Origin: Candidatus Hermodarchaeota archaeon
GTDB lineage: Archaea; Asgardarchaeota; Heimdallarchaeia; Hodarchaeales; Hodarchaeaceae
Assembly (NCBI GenBank): GCA_048886185.1
Contig: JBHLKY010000023.1
Coordinates: 30,001-62,000, forward strand
DNA: 32,000 nt
Direction: 5' to 3'
Under the pieces are notes generated by a model. It was not told the origin of the DNA, did not search any database, and saw nothing but the letters and a program-made list of their open reading frames with translations. Below are positions 8,310-19,400 of this stretch, in pieces. Both the position numbers and the translations under genes were made by a program. Within the stretch, counting starts at the first letter, position 1. Each line of letters begins with the position of its first letter.

Positions 8310-9626
8310 TTAGTTAACCTCCTCATCATGGTCTCCTGAGTCATAGACTGGTGGATCCTCAATCGTTGGTATTTCAATTGTAGGTATCTTAAGGTACTCC
8401 TCTGGAGTTGGTACTTCTTTAAACTCCTCCTCTTCCTTTTGCTTTTTTTCCTTCTCTTTCTTCTTCTTAGGTGTTTTTGGGAGTAGAGGAAGTTCGGTAA
8501 CAACTCTGTTGGTTAATCTCATGTAATAATTAGAAAAGAAATAGATTATCACACGATCTCCCAATTTCATTTTTTCTTCTGGTGATAAGAGTTCCTCCCC
8601 GCGACGAATGAGAAGAACCTTCTGTCTAATAAGATCTGAACTCATAGCTTTTCCTGTAGAACCTACGTAGGTTCTCGGGACATCTATCTCGACAGTTGGA
8701 GGAAAATCGAAATCCATACTCAGAGAATGAACTAGGCCCTGAATAGTAGCATCTAGATCTTCGATAATGATGAGGTTTTCGTCTTGGACAAGATCGCTAA
8801 ATACAAAAGCAGGAGCATATTGGGAAAGGAGTATAATCTCAACATCAGGTCTCACTCGTCTGATATTTGTCAAAATATTCTGGTTTAATTCAATGCTTTC
8901 AGTAAGAATCATGATACGACTGGCGTTCTTGAAGCCAATAATATCATATAAATTTGGTTTTTCAAATTCCAACTGATTCTCAACCACGTATTTGTCAATT
9001 CCCTGTAAACTACGGATCCAGAGCAGATCAACATCAGCAATTAATGATACCCTTTCTTCATAACCATATTGAAAAATCATCTCAAACAGAAATTGCTCTG
9101 CAGGTCTTGAAGTTCCAAAAACATAGGTAATATCCTTCCTTGTATTCACCTTGTCTCGATACTTGGCTATTGGGGATTTAATCATTGCTCGGATGATTAT
9201 AGTAAGAGTACCGATAATACCAGCGCCATATCGTACCGTTGTCTCGTTAAAAATCCCTGTTATCAAGGTATGGTGCAATCCAGCTTCAGAGCCAGGCTCT
9301 CCAAAATTAGATCCTCCCCACGCGTTCCAAGGGTCTCCAGGTATTAACCCGAGGGCAAGAGGAACACCCCAAATTACTAGAACAAGAAGAAGCGCAATAA
9401 AAAGACCGATCCAGAAGAAAAGGAGAAATAAATCTTGAAGGGGGATATAATATTTTATTTCTCGTAGGACAATTCGAATGACTAGCTTTGCATTTGCTCG
9501 GGCTGCTGTTAAATTAAACTTTAATTGACGCATATTGTCTCCGAATGTCCTTTTCTGACTTTTTACTCTTTCTTTCTTCTTTTTCTTATCTTTTTTCTCT
9601 TTCTTTAGTTCAGAGGATTGATTCAA
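8310..9626 (-). CDS. Membrane protein, 2TM (ion-channel-like) plus RCK domain
   Basis: Hydrophobic segment LFLLFFWIGLFIALLLVLVIWGVPLALG, then LHHTLITG...TTVRYGAGIIGTLTIIIRAM, then RCK (TYVFGTSRPAE, LYDIIGFKNASRIMIL, VLLIRRGEELLSP...LGDRVIIY). TTG start with an AGGTGA Shine-Dalgarno-like motif. Its TAA abuts the next ATG. Confidence 0.65.
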   Translation of the reverse strand: MNQSSELKKEKKDKKKKKERVKSQKRTFGDNMRQLKFNLTAARANAKLVIRIVLREIKYYIPLQDLFLLFFWIGLFIALLLVLVIWGVPLALGLIPGDPWNAWGGSNFGEPGSEAGLHHTLITGIFNETTVRYGAGIIGTLTIIIRAMIKSPIAKYRDKVNTRKDITYVFGTSRPAEQFLFEMIFQYGYEERVSLIADVDLLWIRSLQGIDKYVVENQLEFEKPNLYDIIGFKNASRIMILTESIELNQNILTNIRRVRPDVEIILLSQYAPAFVFSDLVQDENLIIIEDLDATIQGLVHSLSMDFDFPPTVEIDVPRTYVGSTGKAMSSDLIRQKVLLIRRGEELLSPEEKMKLGDRVIIYFFSNYYMRLTNRVVTELPLLPKTPKKKKEKEKKQKEEEEFKEVPTPEEYLKIPTIEIPTIEDPPVYDSGDHDEEVN

Positions 9627-9978
9627 TGACTATCACCTTATTTTCGCTTTTATTAAACTGATGGATCTGAAATATCCCTTGATAAGCTTCTCACACAGAA
9701 TTCTTTTGTATAATCTGAAGTAATCTTGTCATAAAGCTTCATTAAATAATTATTGGTAATAACTCAAGAGCTTCTTATAAAAAAATTGATTCTTTCCAAG
9801 GTAACCAATTTTTTGTTGAAGAGAATGAATTGGGAAGAGTCTTTAGTTATTAAATTTCTAAGTCATCCTCTGATATTGAAAGGGATTATAGTAAATATAT
9901 TATATGAGAAAAGGCTGCTATGGCACTTTAATCGTGATCTCTCTCTGCCTTATGACCAAATTCTTATAATCTTTAGTC

Positions 9979-10158
9979 TTATTCGACCTCTGCTAAAGAA
10001 GCGGGTGAACTTCCAGATTTCCATTGGAGTTCTCGTTTGAGTAAATCTCGAATAGCCATTCGTATAGCTTCCGATCGCGAGCTATATACACCTGTCCGAA
10101 CCAACTCATCTAACCCTTCCAAGTATGTATTGGGTGCCTTAAATGATATAAGTTTCAT
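9979..10158 (-). CDS. Ribbon-helix-helix (CopG/CdrS-like) transcription regulator
   Basis: MKLISFKAPNTYLEGLDELVRTGVYSSRSEAIRMAIRDLL matches the archaeal RHH consensus (SRSEAIR.AIRDLL). ATG at 10158. Confidence 0.88.
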   Translation of the reverse strand: MKLISFKAPNTYLEGLDELVRTGVYSSRSEAIRMAIRDLLKRELQWKSGSSPASLAEVE

Positions 10159-10470
10159 TTCTACTGCGCTCTTAATCAAATATTCGTTTGAAGAATATAC
10201 ATTTAGAGATGTAACTCGAGTTTAATCGGAAGCCTAACTTAAGTTTAAATTCCTTTGGCCTTTATAAGGAAATAATTTCCTGATTAAAAGGAGATGTTTT
10301 ATGCTTTTTCCCAAAAAAGTAAGGGAATTAATATTCATAACTAATTTGAGTAGAACATAGAGGGCCGTACTTTAATATTCATTGTTATTTCGTTAGTTGC
10401 GAGAAAAAATCCTGCGTATCAAAAAGACAAATGCTTTAAATGGATTGAGAGCAGTTCTTAGATAAGGTGT

Positions 10471-10878
10471 TTGCATATGACCAATTCGTTCAATGAAGTT
10501 TCTGAACAATTAAAAGAAATTCAACAGAATCTCACACAAGCCGTAAATATTGTAAAAGAAGTTCCAACAAAGCTTAATCAGTTTCTTGGGGAAAAAAAGG
10601 ATTTAGAAGAGCTAACTGAAAAGCTTAATCAGTTCAATACTGATCTTAAAAATCAAATCTCCACACTTGAACATAAGTTTTCCGAAGAACAAGCAGAATT
10701 TGAAAGAAAACTTGAATCTAACGAAAATAAAATCGTTTCTCTACAACGAGAGCTTGATCTAACAAAAGATGATGTAATCAAGCTGCAGGCTCAATTAAAA
10801 TCAAAGGATGACCGAATCAATATATTAGAGAGTCAAAACAAGGAATTAACTGATTCATTAAGACAACAATCCCAATAA
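10471..10878 (+). CDS. Small all-coiled-coil protein
   Basis: Continuous heptad pattern over about 130 aa. AGGTG Shine-Dalgarno-like motif upstream. Confidence 0.75.
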   Translation: MHMTNSFNEVSEQLKEIQQNLTQAVNIVKEVPTKLNQFLGEKKDLEELTEKLNQFNTDLKNQISTLEHKFSEEQAEFERKLESNENKIVSLQRELDLTKDDVIKLQAQLKSKDDRINILESQNKELTDSLRQQSQ

Positions 10879-10900
10879 ATTCTTAATAATTCAAAATTGG

Positions 10901-11650
10901 GTGCCTATAAGTTTGAAAGTGGCCTTCATTTCGGATATACACGGAAATTTGGAAGCCCTTTCCACAGTCATTAAAGATATCAATAATAATGATGAAATAG
11001 AATTAATCTGTTGTACTGGGGACATTGTGGGATACTATCCACATCCTAAAGAATGTATTGACATAGTACGAAAAAACTGCCACCATATTATTCGTGGAAA
11101 TCATGATGAGGTTGTTACTGATAAGAACTTTAAAGAGAAGAAATCATGGTTTAATCCAATTGCCGCTGATTCTCTAACTTGGACTCGCGAAAAATTATTA
11201 GAATCTGATGCTGCAAGCCACTTCCATTATCTTGAGTCTTTACCTGATAGTAAAGAGGTTATTTTTGAGGGAAGAAAAGTTTTACTTGCGCATGGAACGC
11301 CTGAAAAAAAATGGGAATATTTTCTTTTTCCTTATTGGCTTGGGGAACCCCTTCCTGAACAAAAAGTACAAATCAATGAGTGGTTAAAAAAATGGGAGTT
11401 AGTTATTATTGGTCATACTCATCAACCTTTTATCTATAAGCATCGGAAAAAAGTCGTGGTGAACCCTGGGAGTGTGGGACAATCTCGTGATGGGGTACCA
11501 AAAGCAAGCTATGCATTAGTAGATATTACTAATTCAAGAATTGACGCAGAAATCATCCGTCTTGATTACAATATCAAAAATACTTGTGAGGCTCTTATTC
11601 AAGCCAAGTTGCATGAACATCTGTGTTTAAGGTTGTTGACAGGAAATTAA
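10901..11650 (+). CDS. Calcineurin-like metallophosphoesterase (YfcE/MJ0936/PrpA-like)
   Basis: Five motifs: SDIHGN, GDIVG, RGNHD, AHG and GHTH, plus NPGSVGQSRDG. Confidence 0.92.
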   Translation: MPISLKVAFISDIHGNLEALSTVIKDINNNDEIELICCTGDIVGYYPHPKECIDIVRKNCHHIIRGNHDEVVTDKNFKEKKSWFNPIAADSLTWTREKLLESDAASHFHYLESLPDSKEVIFEGRKVLLAHGTPEKKWEYFLFPYWLGEPLPEQKVQINEWLKKWELVIIGHTHQPFIYKHRKKVVVNPGSVGQSRDGVPKASYALVDITNSRIDAEIIRLDYNIKNTCEALIQAKLHEHLCLRLLTGN

Positions 11651-11710
11651 AGGTATATTACCTATCTTTAATCTTTCACAATCGCACACGAAACTGAATG
11701 TGGGATTAGG

Positions 11711-11742
11711 AAAACTCCTTTTTATGAAAATAAAGAGTTTTT
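11711..11742 (+). terminator. Possible hairpin plus T-tract between the metallophosphoesterase and gyrB
   Basis: AAAACTC-ctt-TTTAT-gaaa-ATAAA-GAGTTTT forms a bulged stem with a GAAA loop and ends in a T-run. Confidence 0.25.
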
Positions 11743-11905
11743 ACTCAAGTGATTTTTGTCTGAAAAAGGTATTTTCTTTAGAAAAAACTTAAAAGTCATT
11801 TTGTCGAAATTTATACATAATAAAGTTGAATTTCTTTACTTTGGATTAATCAAATAATGAAATTTTATCACATTTTTTTAAACTAGAGTCATTCGGTGTC
11901 AGATT

Positions 11906-13885
11906 TTGTCTGGAAATTATGATGCAAGTAGTATACAGGTTCTAGAAGGCTTAGAGGCCGTTCGTCGTCGTCCAGCGATGTATATCGGTAGTATTGATGA
12001 AAATGGGCTTCTTCATTTAGTGTGGGAAATCGTGGATAACTCGATTGATGAAGCAATGGCTGGTGCGTGTGACCAGATCAAAGTCATCCTAGGTCAAACA
12101 GAACATGGTTTTGAATCTGTTACTGTTCAGGATAATGGTCGTGGGATTCCCACGGAACCACACCCCGATTATAACATGTCATCCTTGGAATTAGTCACAA
12201 CTCGTCTTCATTCTGGTGGGAAGTTCGATCACACGTCATACAAAGTCAGTGGTGGATTACATGGAGTCGGAATTGCTGTAGTAAATGCACTATCTAGTTG
12301 GATGCAAGTTAAAGTTAGAAGAAATAACGGACCGGTGCTAATGCAAGAGTATGTTAGGGGAGAAACAATCTCTCATGGATTAATCAAATTAAAAGAAAGA
12401 TGGAAAGATCATAGTGGGACACATATATCATTTATTCCTGATCGTGAAATCTTCGAGACTGTTCACTTCGATATTTTACCTATCCGGAATCGGCTTCGTG
12501 AACTGGCGTTTCTGAATAAAGGGCTCGTTATTACTTTAATTGATAATCGAAAGCCATCAAGCGAAACAATTGTCAAGTTAGATGAGTCTTTTGAAAAAGA
12601 AAAGGAAAATACTTGGACCTTCCATTATGATGGTGGGATCCAAGCCTATGTTGAACAATTAGGAAGAAATCGAATACATGATGACATTCCTTATTTTGAT
12701 GAAACTATTGAAACCACCCAAGTAGAAGTATCGTTAGCTTATGATAGATCTGAACGTGAATTAGTTTACACTTTTACAAATAACATCAATACCCGACATG
12801 GAGGGACTCATTTATCAGGATTTAAATCAGGTTTGACCAGAGCAATCAATGCCTATGTCCTGAAAAATGAACATTTAGTTAGGAATACACATTTGCGAAA
12901 AAATCTAAAGGAAAAAAGGTCAATTTTTTCAGGAAATGACGTTCGTGAGGGATTAATTGCTGTTGTTTCTGTAAAAGTCATGAATCCACAGTTTGAGGGG
13001 CAAACGAAGAGTAAATTAGGTAATAGTGAAGTCAAGGGAGTCGTAGAACGCTGTAGCTATGAAAATATATTGAAATTCCTTGAGGAACATCCCACCAGTG
13101 CCAAAGAAATAATCGATAAATGTGAACAAGCCGCTACAATTCGGATGAAATACAGGCAAATTCGTGAAGCTGTTAAGAAAACTCAAGCGAAAGGTACAGG
13201 AAAACTTGTCGATTGTTCGGAATCTGATCCAGCAAAACGGGAACTGTTCTTGGTAGAAGGTGATTCAGCAGGGGGTAGTGCTATCGAAGGGAGATGGAGT
13301 GAATTCCAAGCCATCCTGCCATTAAGGGGGAAAGTGATAAATGTTGAAAAAGCACGTTTGGAAAAAGCAATGAGAAACAAGGAAATACTTGAAATCATTC
13401 GCTCTATTGGTGCAGGATATCGGGAAACCTTTGAAATCGAAAAAGTTCGGTATCACAAAGTAATATTGCTCATGGATGCCGATATTGATGGTCATCATAT
13501 TGTTTGTTTACTCCTAACGTTTTTCTTCCGCTATATGCCCGAACTGATTGATGAGGGTTATTTGTATGTAGCACAACCTCCTCTTTATCGAATTAAAAAA
13601 GGTAATAAGGAGCAATATGTCCTTACTGATCAGGAAAGAGATGATATTGTTAACGAATGGGGAGGAAATGTTGAAATTAGTCGTTTTAAGGGATTGGGGG
13701 AAATGAATCCAATACAGCTAAGAGAAACTGTCATGGATCCTTCAAAACGTACTCTTCTTCAAGTCACACGAGAAAATATCATTGAAGCTGAACGAATCTT
13801 TGTAACTTTGATGGGTGATGAAGTGAGACCCAGGCGAGAATTTATCCAAACGCATGCATTAGAGGTAGAAAATTTAGATATTTAG
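11906..13885 (+). CDS. gyrB: DNA gyrase subunit B
   Basis: LEAVRRRPAMYIGS, EIVDNSIDE, DNGRGIP, GGLHGVG, TOPRIM EGDSAGG, PLRGKVINV, DADIDG and RFKGLGEMNP. Short form lacking the large proteobacterial insert. TTG start. Confidence 0.97.
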   Translation: MSGNYDASSIQVLEGLEAVRRRPAMYIGSIDENGLLHLVWEIVDNSIDEAMAGACDQIKVILGQTEHGFESVTVQDNGRGIPTEPHPDYNMSSLELVTTRLHSGGKFDHTSYKVSGGLHGVGIAVVNALSSWMQVKVRRNNGPVLMQEYVRGETISHGLIKLKERWKDHSGTHISFIPDREIFETVHFDILPIRNRLRELAFLNKGLVITLIDNRKPSSETIVKLDESFEKEKENTWTFHYDGGIQAYVEQLGRNRIHDDIPYFDETIETTQVEVSLAYDRSERELVYTFTNNINTRHGGTHLSGFKSGLTRAINAYVLKNEHLVRNTHLRKNLKEKRSIFSGNDVREGLIAVVSVKVMNPQFEGQTKSKLGNSEVKGVVERCSYENILKFLEEHPTSAKEIIDKCEQAATIRMKYRQIREAVKKTQAKGTGKLVDCSESDPAKRELFLVEGDSAGGSAIEGRWSEFQAILPLRGKVINVEKARLEKAMRNKEILEIIRSIGAGYRETFEIEKVRYHKVILLMDADIDGHHIVCLLLTFFFRYMPELIDEGYLYVAQPPLYRIKKGNKEQYVLTDQERDDIVNEWGGNVEISRFKGLGEMNPIQLRETVMDPSKRTLLQVTRENIIEAERIFVTLMGDEVRPRREFIQTHALEVENLDI

Positions 13886-13900
13886 ACATCAGAGGTAGAA

Positions 13901-16399
13901 TTGAAGATGAGTAGTAGTATTAAACTGACTCCTATCGAACTAACTATGTCAAAGAGCTATTTAGAATATTCAATGTCGGTTATTACTAGTAGAGCCTTGC
14001 CACATGTACGAGATGGACTTAAACCTGTCCATAGACGAATTTTGTGGTCAATGCACAATTTAGGGTTAGTCCATAACAGACCACCACGGAAATGTGCTCG
14101 CACAATAGGTGAGACCCATGCAAAATACCATCCCCATGGAGAAGCAGCAATATATGATGCCTTAGTAAGGATGGCACAAGAATTTTCTTTTCGCTACCCT
14201 CTGATCCTGGGCCAGGGTAACTTTGGGAGTATGGACGGCCAACCCCCAGCAGCTCAACGCTATACAGAAGCTCGTATGGCAAAAATCACTAGTGAAATTC
14301 TAAAAGATATTGAAAAAGATACCGTTGATTTTGTAGACAACTTTGATGGATTAGACAAAGAACCTATCATTCTTCCAGCTAGAATTCCTAATCTTCTAAT
14401 CAATGGAGTAATGGGAATCGCTGTTGGAATGGCAACATCTATGCCTCCTCATAACCTAACTGAAGTATTAAATGGAGTTATTGCCACAATTAAAAATCCT
14501 GAAATTAGTACAGAACAGTTAATGAAACATATTCCTGGTCCTGATTTCCCCACTGGTGGGGTCATTTTTGGTACCTCAGGTATTAAGCGGGCTTACCACA
14601 CTGGTAGTGGAAATGTTATTTTACGAGCGAAGTATGAAATTGTTGAGAAGAAAAATAAAACTCAGATTGTCATCACAGAGGTACCTTTTCTTGTTAAACG
14701 TCAAGATACGATCGAACACAGAGGATTAGTTGATATTATTGAACAGATGAAGGAATCTGGCAAGCTTCCAGAAATTGGTTCAATAAAAAATGAGTCTAAT
14801 ATTATTCATGGCACTAGAATTGTGATCAATTTAAAAAAAACTGCTAATTTGGATATTGTGCTAAATCGGCTGTTTAAGTATACTCCAATGCAAATTTCAT
14901 ACTCTATTAAGAATATGGTGCTTGTAGATGCTCGTGTGGGTACCGAAACTCGATTTCGGCCTAAGAAATTGAATCTGAAGGGATTGATTAACCAGTTTAT
15001 TGATCATCGATATGAAATAGTAGTTCGTCGGACAGAATATGAGCTGAAGAAAGCTCAAGAACGAGCACATATTCTCGAAGGAAGGAAAATAGTAGTAGAA
15101 AATCTAGATGAAATAATTTCAATTATAAGAGCATCCGAGACGGCAGCAGAGGCCCAATCTTCATTAATATCACGTTTTTCTCTTTCAGAGATTCAAGCTA
15201 AAGATATTCTCTCACTTCCTTTGAGGAGTTTAACTCGTTTTGATCGTCAAAAAATAATTAAAGAATATGAGGATGTTTTAAAAGCCATTAAAGATTATAA
15301 AGAGATCTTAGATAGTCGTGATCGTATTTTTGATATTATTATTGAAGAAATAGAGGAAATTAAAAGTAAATACGGTGATGAACGTCGTACAACGATTCTA
15401 AGGGATGATTCTGAAGGATTTCAAGATTGGACTGGTAAAACTGAGGAAGATTTTATATCAGAGGAAGATATTGTTATTACACTAACTCAAAATGGCTACA
15501 TTAAATCCATTCCAGCTGAAACCTATAAAGCTCAACATCGTGGAGGAAAAGGAATAAAATCAATGGAAATTGGGAAAGATGATTTTTTGAAAGAGATGAT
15601 TGTTGCTTCTACTCACGATACTATCCTCTTTTTCACAGTCAATGGGAAAGTATATAGCGTTCGTGGATACCAAATTCCACTTTCCAAACAACGTGTTACA
15701 AAAGGAATTAATATTGTCAATCTAATTCGAAAAGAAACTGATGATGAGATTGAAACCATGATTTCAGTATCTAATTTCGATGAAGAACACTTTTTGGTAT
15801 TGGCTACTAAAAACGGGCTGATCAAAAAAACCACACTAACTGATTACGCAAACATACGAACTACTGGGATTATAGCGATTCAACTTAGAGATCAAGATAT
15901 GATTGTTGGTGTTAAAGTTACTGATGGAACTAAGGATATCGTGCTAGCTACACAGAAAGGGAAAGCAATACGTTTTCCTGAGAACCAAGTACGCGCTGTT
16001 GGGAGAAGTAGTATTGGAGTCTTAGGGATTCGACTAAGAGAGGATGATTTTGTTGTCGATATGGCGATTGTTGACGAAAAAAAGACATTATTAACAGTAT
16101 GCGCGAATGGATTTGGAAAACGAACAAAGTTCAATCAATACCGAATTACTCGTCGAAACGGAAAAGGTGTGATTAACATCAAAACCAAAAAAGGAAACGG
16201 TGACGTCATTGCGGTACGAACTGTAGCGGAGACCGATTACCTCATGCTAGTTGCTAGTGATGGGAAATTAATACAAATACCAATAAGAGATATTAGAACA
16301 ATTGGTAGATCCACGTCTGGGGTGACTTTGATGAGGCTAGACAAACAGAAAGGAGTCACAATTACCTCTCTTGCTATTTTAATAGAGGATAAATCTTAA
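13901..16399 (+). CDS. gyrA: DNA gyrase subunit A
   Basis: RDGLKPVHRR, YHPHG, catalytic AAQRYTE (Tyr codon 14261-14263), PGPDFPTGG, GyrA-box QHRGGKG (15533-15553) and a beta-pinwheel CTD of repeated blades. May start at ATG 13907. Confidence 0.97.
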   Translation: MKMSSSIKLTPIELTMSKSYLEYSMSVITSRALPHVRDGLKPVHRRILWSMHNLGLVHNRPPRKCARTIGETHAKYHPHGEAAIYDALVRMAQEFSFRYPLILGQGNFGSMDGQPPAAQRYTEARMAKITSEILKDIEKDTVDFVDNFDGLDKEPIILPARIPNLLINGVMGIAVGMATSMPPHNLTEVLNGVIATIKNPEISTEQLMKHIPGPDFPTGGVIFGTSGIKRAYHTGSGNVILRAKYEIVEKKNKTQIVITEVPFLVKRQDTIEHRGLVDIIEQMKESGKLPEIGSIKNESNIIHGTRIVINLKKTANLDIVLNRLFKYTPMQISYSIKNMVLVDARVGTETRFRPKKLNLKGLINQFIDHRYEIVVRRTEYELKKAQERAHILEGRKIVVENLDEIISIIRASETAAEAQSSLISRFSLSEIQAKDILSLPLRSLTRFDRQKIIKEYEDVLKAIKDYKEILDSRDRIFDIIIEEIEEIKSKYGDERRTTILRDDSEGFQDWTGKTEEDFISEEDIVITLTQNGYIKSIPAETYKAQHRGGKGIKSMEIGKDDFLKEMIVASTHDTILFFTVNGKVYSVRGYQIPLSKQRVTKGINIVNLIRKETDDEIETMISVSNFDEEHFLVLATKNGLIKKTTLTDYANIRTTGIIAIQLRDQDMIVGVKVTDGTKDIVLATQKGKAIRFPENQVRAVGRSSIGVLGIRLREDDFVVDMAIVDEKKTLLTVCANGFGKRTKFNQYRITRRNGKGVINIKTKKGNGDVIAVRTVAETDYLMLVASDGKLIQIPIRDIRTIGRSTSGVTLMRLDKQKGVTITSLAILIEDKS

Positions 16400-16415
16400 T
16401 AGGTGGGAAAATATC

Positions 16416-19400
16416 ATGACTAAGGCTGCGAAAACAACTAAAAAAGAAAATATTACTGAAGAGAAAGTCGTGCGAAGATCTGCAGCTGATTTTTTTCAAG
16501 ATAATAAAGCAATTGCTGGTTTTGACAATACCATGCGCGTTGTGTTTACCAGTGTGCGAGAATTAGTTGAAAATGGACTTGATGCAGCTGAAAGAATTGG
16601 AAATTTACCAGAATTACACATAACAATACAACGGTTGGAAAAAGAAGATATCGCTAGATTATTAAGCATTAGTAAGTTTGATTCAGCAGAAAAAATTGAT
16701 TTCATTCGATTAACTGTCCGTGATAATGGGAGTGGTGTTCAAAGCGAATTTGTACCCCCTTTATTCGGGAGGGTTTTAACAGGTAGTAACTATGGAGCCC
16801 GACAATCTCGTGGTCGTTTTGGCCTTGGTGCGAAGATGGTGTTATTAAATGCCATGTCATCTGTTGACCTCCCTCTTGTCATAAAATCAAAGTATATCAA
16901 TGAAGACTTTACTAGCTATTATGAGCTAATGATAAATTTAGCCGAGAATGAGCCGATAATATTAACTCAAAGAGAAATCCCTCAAGAAACTGCTGAAGCA
17001 ATCCCCAATTCGGGCACAGAAGTAAATGTAACTTTTACTGGTTCTTGGAACCTTGCCTCTCGTTGGATTCGTGAATATTTTTCCCAATTAAGTTTGATTA
17101 CCCCGTATTCTAGCTTTTACGTTCAATACCCTGATATTGATGAACCAATAGAAATGAAAAGAGTCGTCGAGGAGATGCCTGCATATCCACAGATCGCAAA
17201 GGTGCATCCTTGGGGAACTGACATTACTCAATTTAAGCGTGAGCTAGCAGTAACGAGAAGTAAAACCATGGAAACCTTTCTCCAAGATCACTTCCAAGGC
17301 ATTGGGCCTAAAACAGCTCAGGAATTCTTAGATTTTGTTAAAATAGATCAAAATAAATCTCCCAACGATCTTTCTGCAAGCGATATTAGGCGAATAATTC
17401 ACGAAGGGTTTGTGATGCCCGATTCTGACCCTAAAAAGCGTCGTGAACAAAAATACTTTCCATTCAGGAGACCAAGTGGCGATTCTCTCTCACCACTAGG
17501 TTCAGAATTATTAGCAAAAGGGATTGAGAAAGAACTGAATCCACAATTTGTCCGCTCAGCTGCAGGAGAAATTTCAGCTTATTCTGGGCATCCTTTCATC
17601 GTCGAGGTAGCCCTAGCTTATGGAGGGCCAATACTTTCCAGCGAATCTGGCAATCCGAAAATTTATCGATTTGCAAATCGAATTCCGTTATTATTTGGAG
17701 CAGGAAATGACATAATCACGAAATGTGTTCAAAAAATGAATTGGAAAGCTTACAAAATCAATATCAATAAATCACCTATCGCTATTGTTGTTTCAGTTGT
17801 TTCCTCAAAAATTCCTTTTCCAGAAACTAGTAAAGAGTATATTGCTGATGTTGACGAGCTTCGAAAGGAAATAATGCGAGTATTGAAAAAATTAGCTAGA
17901 GGATTAAGTCAACACTTAGGACGAGCTGAACGAGAGCGTCGGGAGAAACAAAGACAATCCCGATTTGAGAGCGCAGCTCCCAAAGTACTTCAGAATCTGT
18001 CAAAAATATTGGAAGTTACCCAAACTCCTTTCCTTTTACAGTCTTCTGAGGAGATATCAAAACTAGAAAAAGCCCTTGCTTCAGCAGTTCCCAGATTAGT
18101 TCGACGTACTTTTCCTCCCAGTCCTTTGATCTCGTCTATTGGGGAGTGGTTACCAATGGAGACTTATGTAACTCTTGTTGAACATAATATTCAAACAATC
18201 TACCAATTTTTACGAGCTCCTGTAGCAGAATTAAGTGATATTACAGGCCTAGCAGAAAATAGAATAGCAGAAATCAAACGTGCAACAGTTACTAGTCAAG
18301 AAAGGTCAAATTATGCCCCTTCTATGCGAGAATTCGAATTATTTTCCAAATCTATTGAAGATGATTATAGTAAATATCGTGATTCATTACGTATTCACAA
18401 AGCATTGAATAAACGGTGGATTGTATCTTCTTTGGATTTTTTTGCAACCCCGATACCCCAATTGCGCTTGGTTGAAAGTTTTCCTGAGAAACTTCTATAT
18501 GAGGCAAAACAAAGAGCAATCGATAAACATCTAGCGAATAATCCTGTAAGCGATTTCAGTTTACAATTACTTCCATGGATAACTGAAGATTTGGAGAAAA
18601 ATCTTAAGTCAGCTAAAATTCACAATATTCTAGATTATATAATTGCATTTCCAGAAAAGCTGGCACAAATACCAAACTTATCAATCCGATTACTTGAATC
18701 TGTAAAAAAGGAAATCAAAGATGGGATTACTCAAGGGTATATAGACCCTGAGAAAGTAATTGGAGCCGCTACATTTGATTGGATGGATTATCGTGTCACC
18801 CCACGTTTACGAGGGAGAAATATATCAAAAATAAGAGAATTTATGGAAACTCCAAATGAAAAATTAGCAGATATATCGGAACTTTCTGAAAATTTAATTC
18901 TCCGTTCAAAAAAGATTCATAATGAAGTACTAGTACAATTAAATGAGGAAAAACCCTTCTTAAAAGTGACAGCTCTCCAAGAATCAATGATATCAGACCT
19001 GGAACGGCTGGAAATTAATGGCTTCATTGATTTTCTCTTAGCTGAAGAAAAGGATCTACAAATAATTCGTGACTTAATATCACACCTTATCTCATTGAAA
19101 CAGGATGAAGTCCAAGAACAGATTGAACAAGAACATGAAATCTTTCCTACGAAGGCTGCTTGGTGGCTTGATTCAGAACTAGAGGTCCAGTTAAAGGATT
19201 TAGGTATTCAAACAGTGTACGATTTTGTACGTTGTCCTTCTTCAAGATTATTACAGTTAAAAAAGTTAGACCCAAAAATACTAGAAACTATTAAAAAAAC
19301 ATATGGAACTCCTATTCCCCTTTTAACTTCGGAAGAGTGTGAAAAACTAGAAACTTATAAAATTCTTTGTTTAGAAGAACTTCGGGCTGCAACATCAGAG

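Noticed and set aside
8420-9610. TTC/TTT-rich runs near 8420-8470 and 9560-9610
   Set aside because: They encode Lys/Glu low-complexity termini of the channel-like protein and are not an independent repeat element.
10569-10634. 15-bp direct repeat AAAGCTTAATCAGTT (10569 and 10620)
   Set aside because: Only two in-frame copies 51 bp apart, both encoding KLNQF in a coiled coil. This is a small internal duplication, not a CRISPR array or insertion scar.
10901-11650. Metallophosphoesterase as a dedicated topoisomerase-adduct repair enzyme in the topo operon
   Set aside because: A 255-bp gap with a possible terminator hairpin and TATA-like sequence separates it from gyrB, and nothing in its sequence indicates the substrate.
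11906-16399. GyrB/GyrA pair as topoisomerase IV (ParE/ParC), or carrying inteins
   Set aside because: An intact GyrA-box (QHRGGKG), a full CTD and ordinary lengths support gyrase without inteins.
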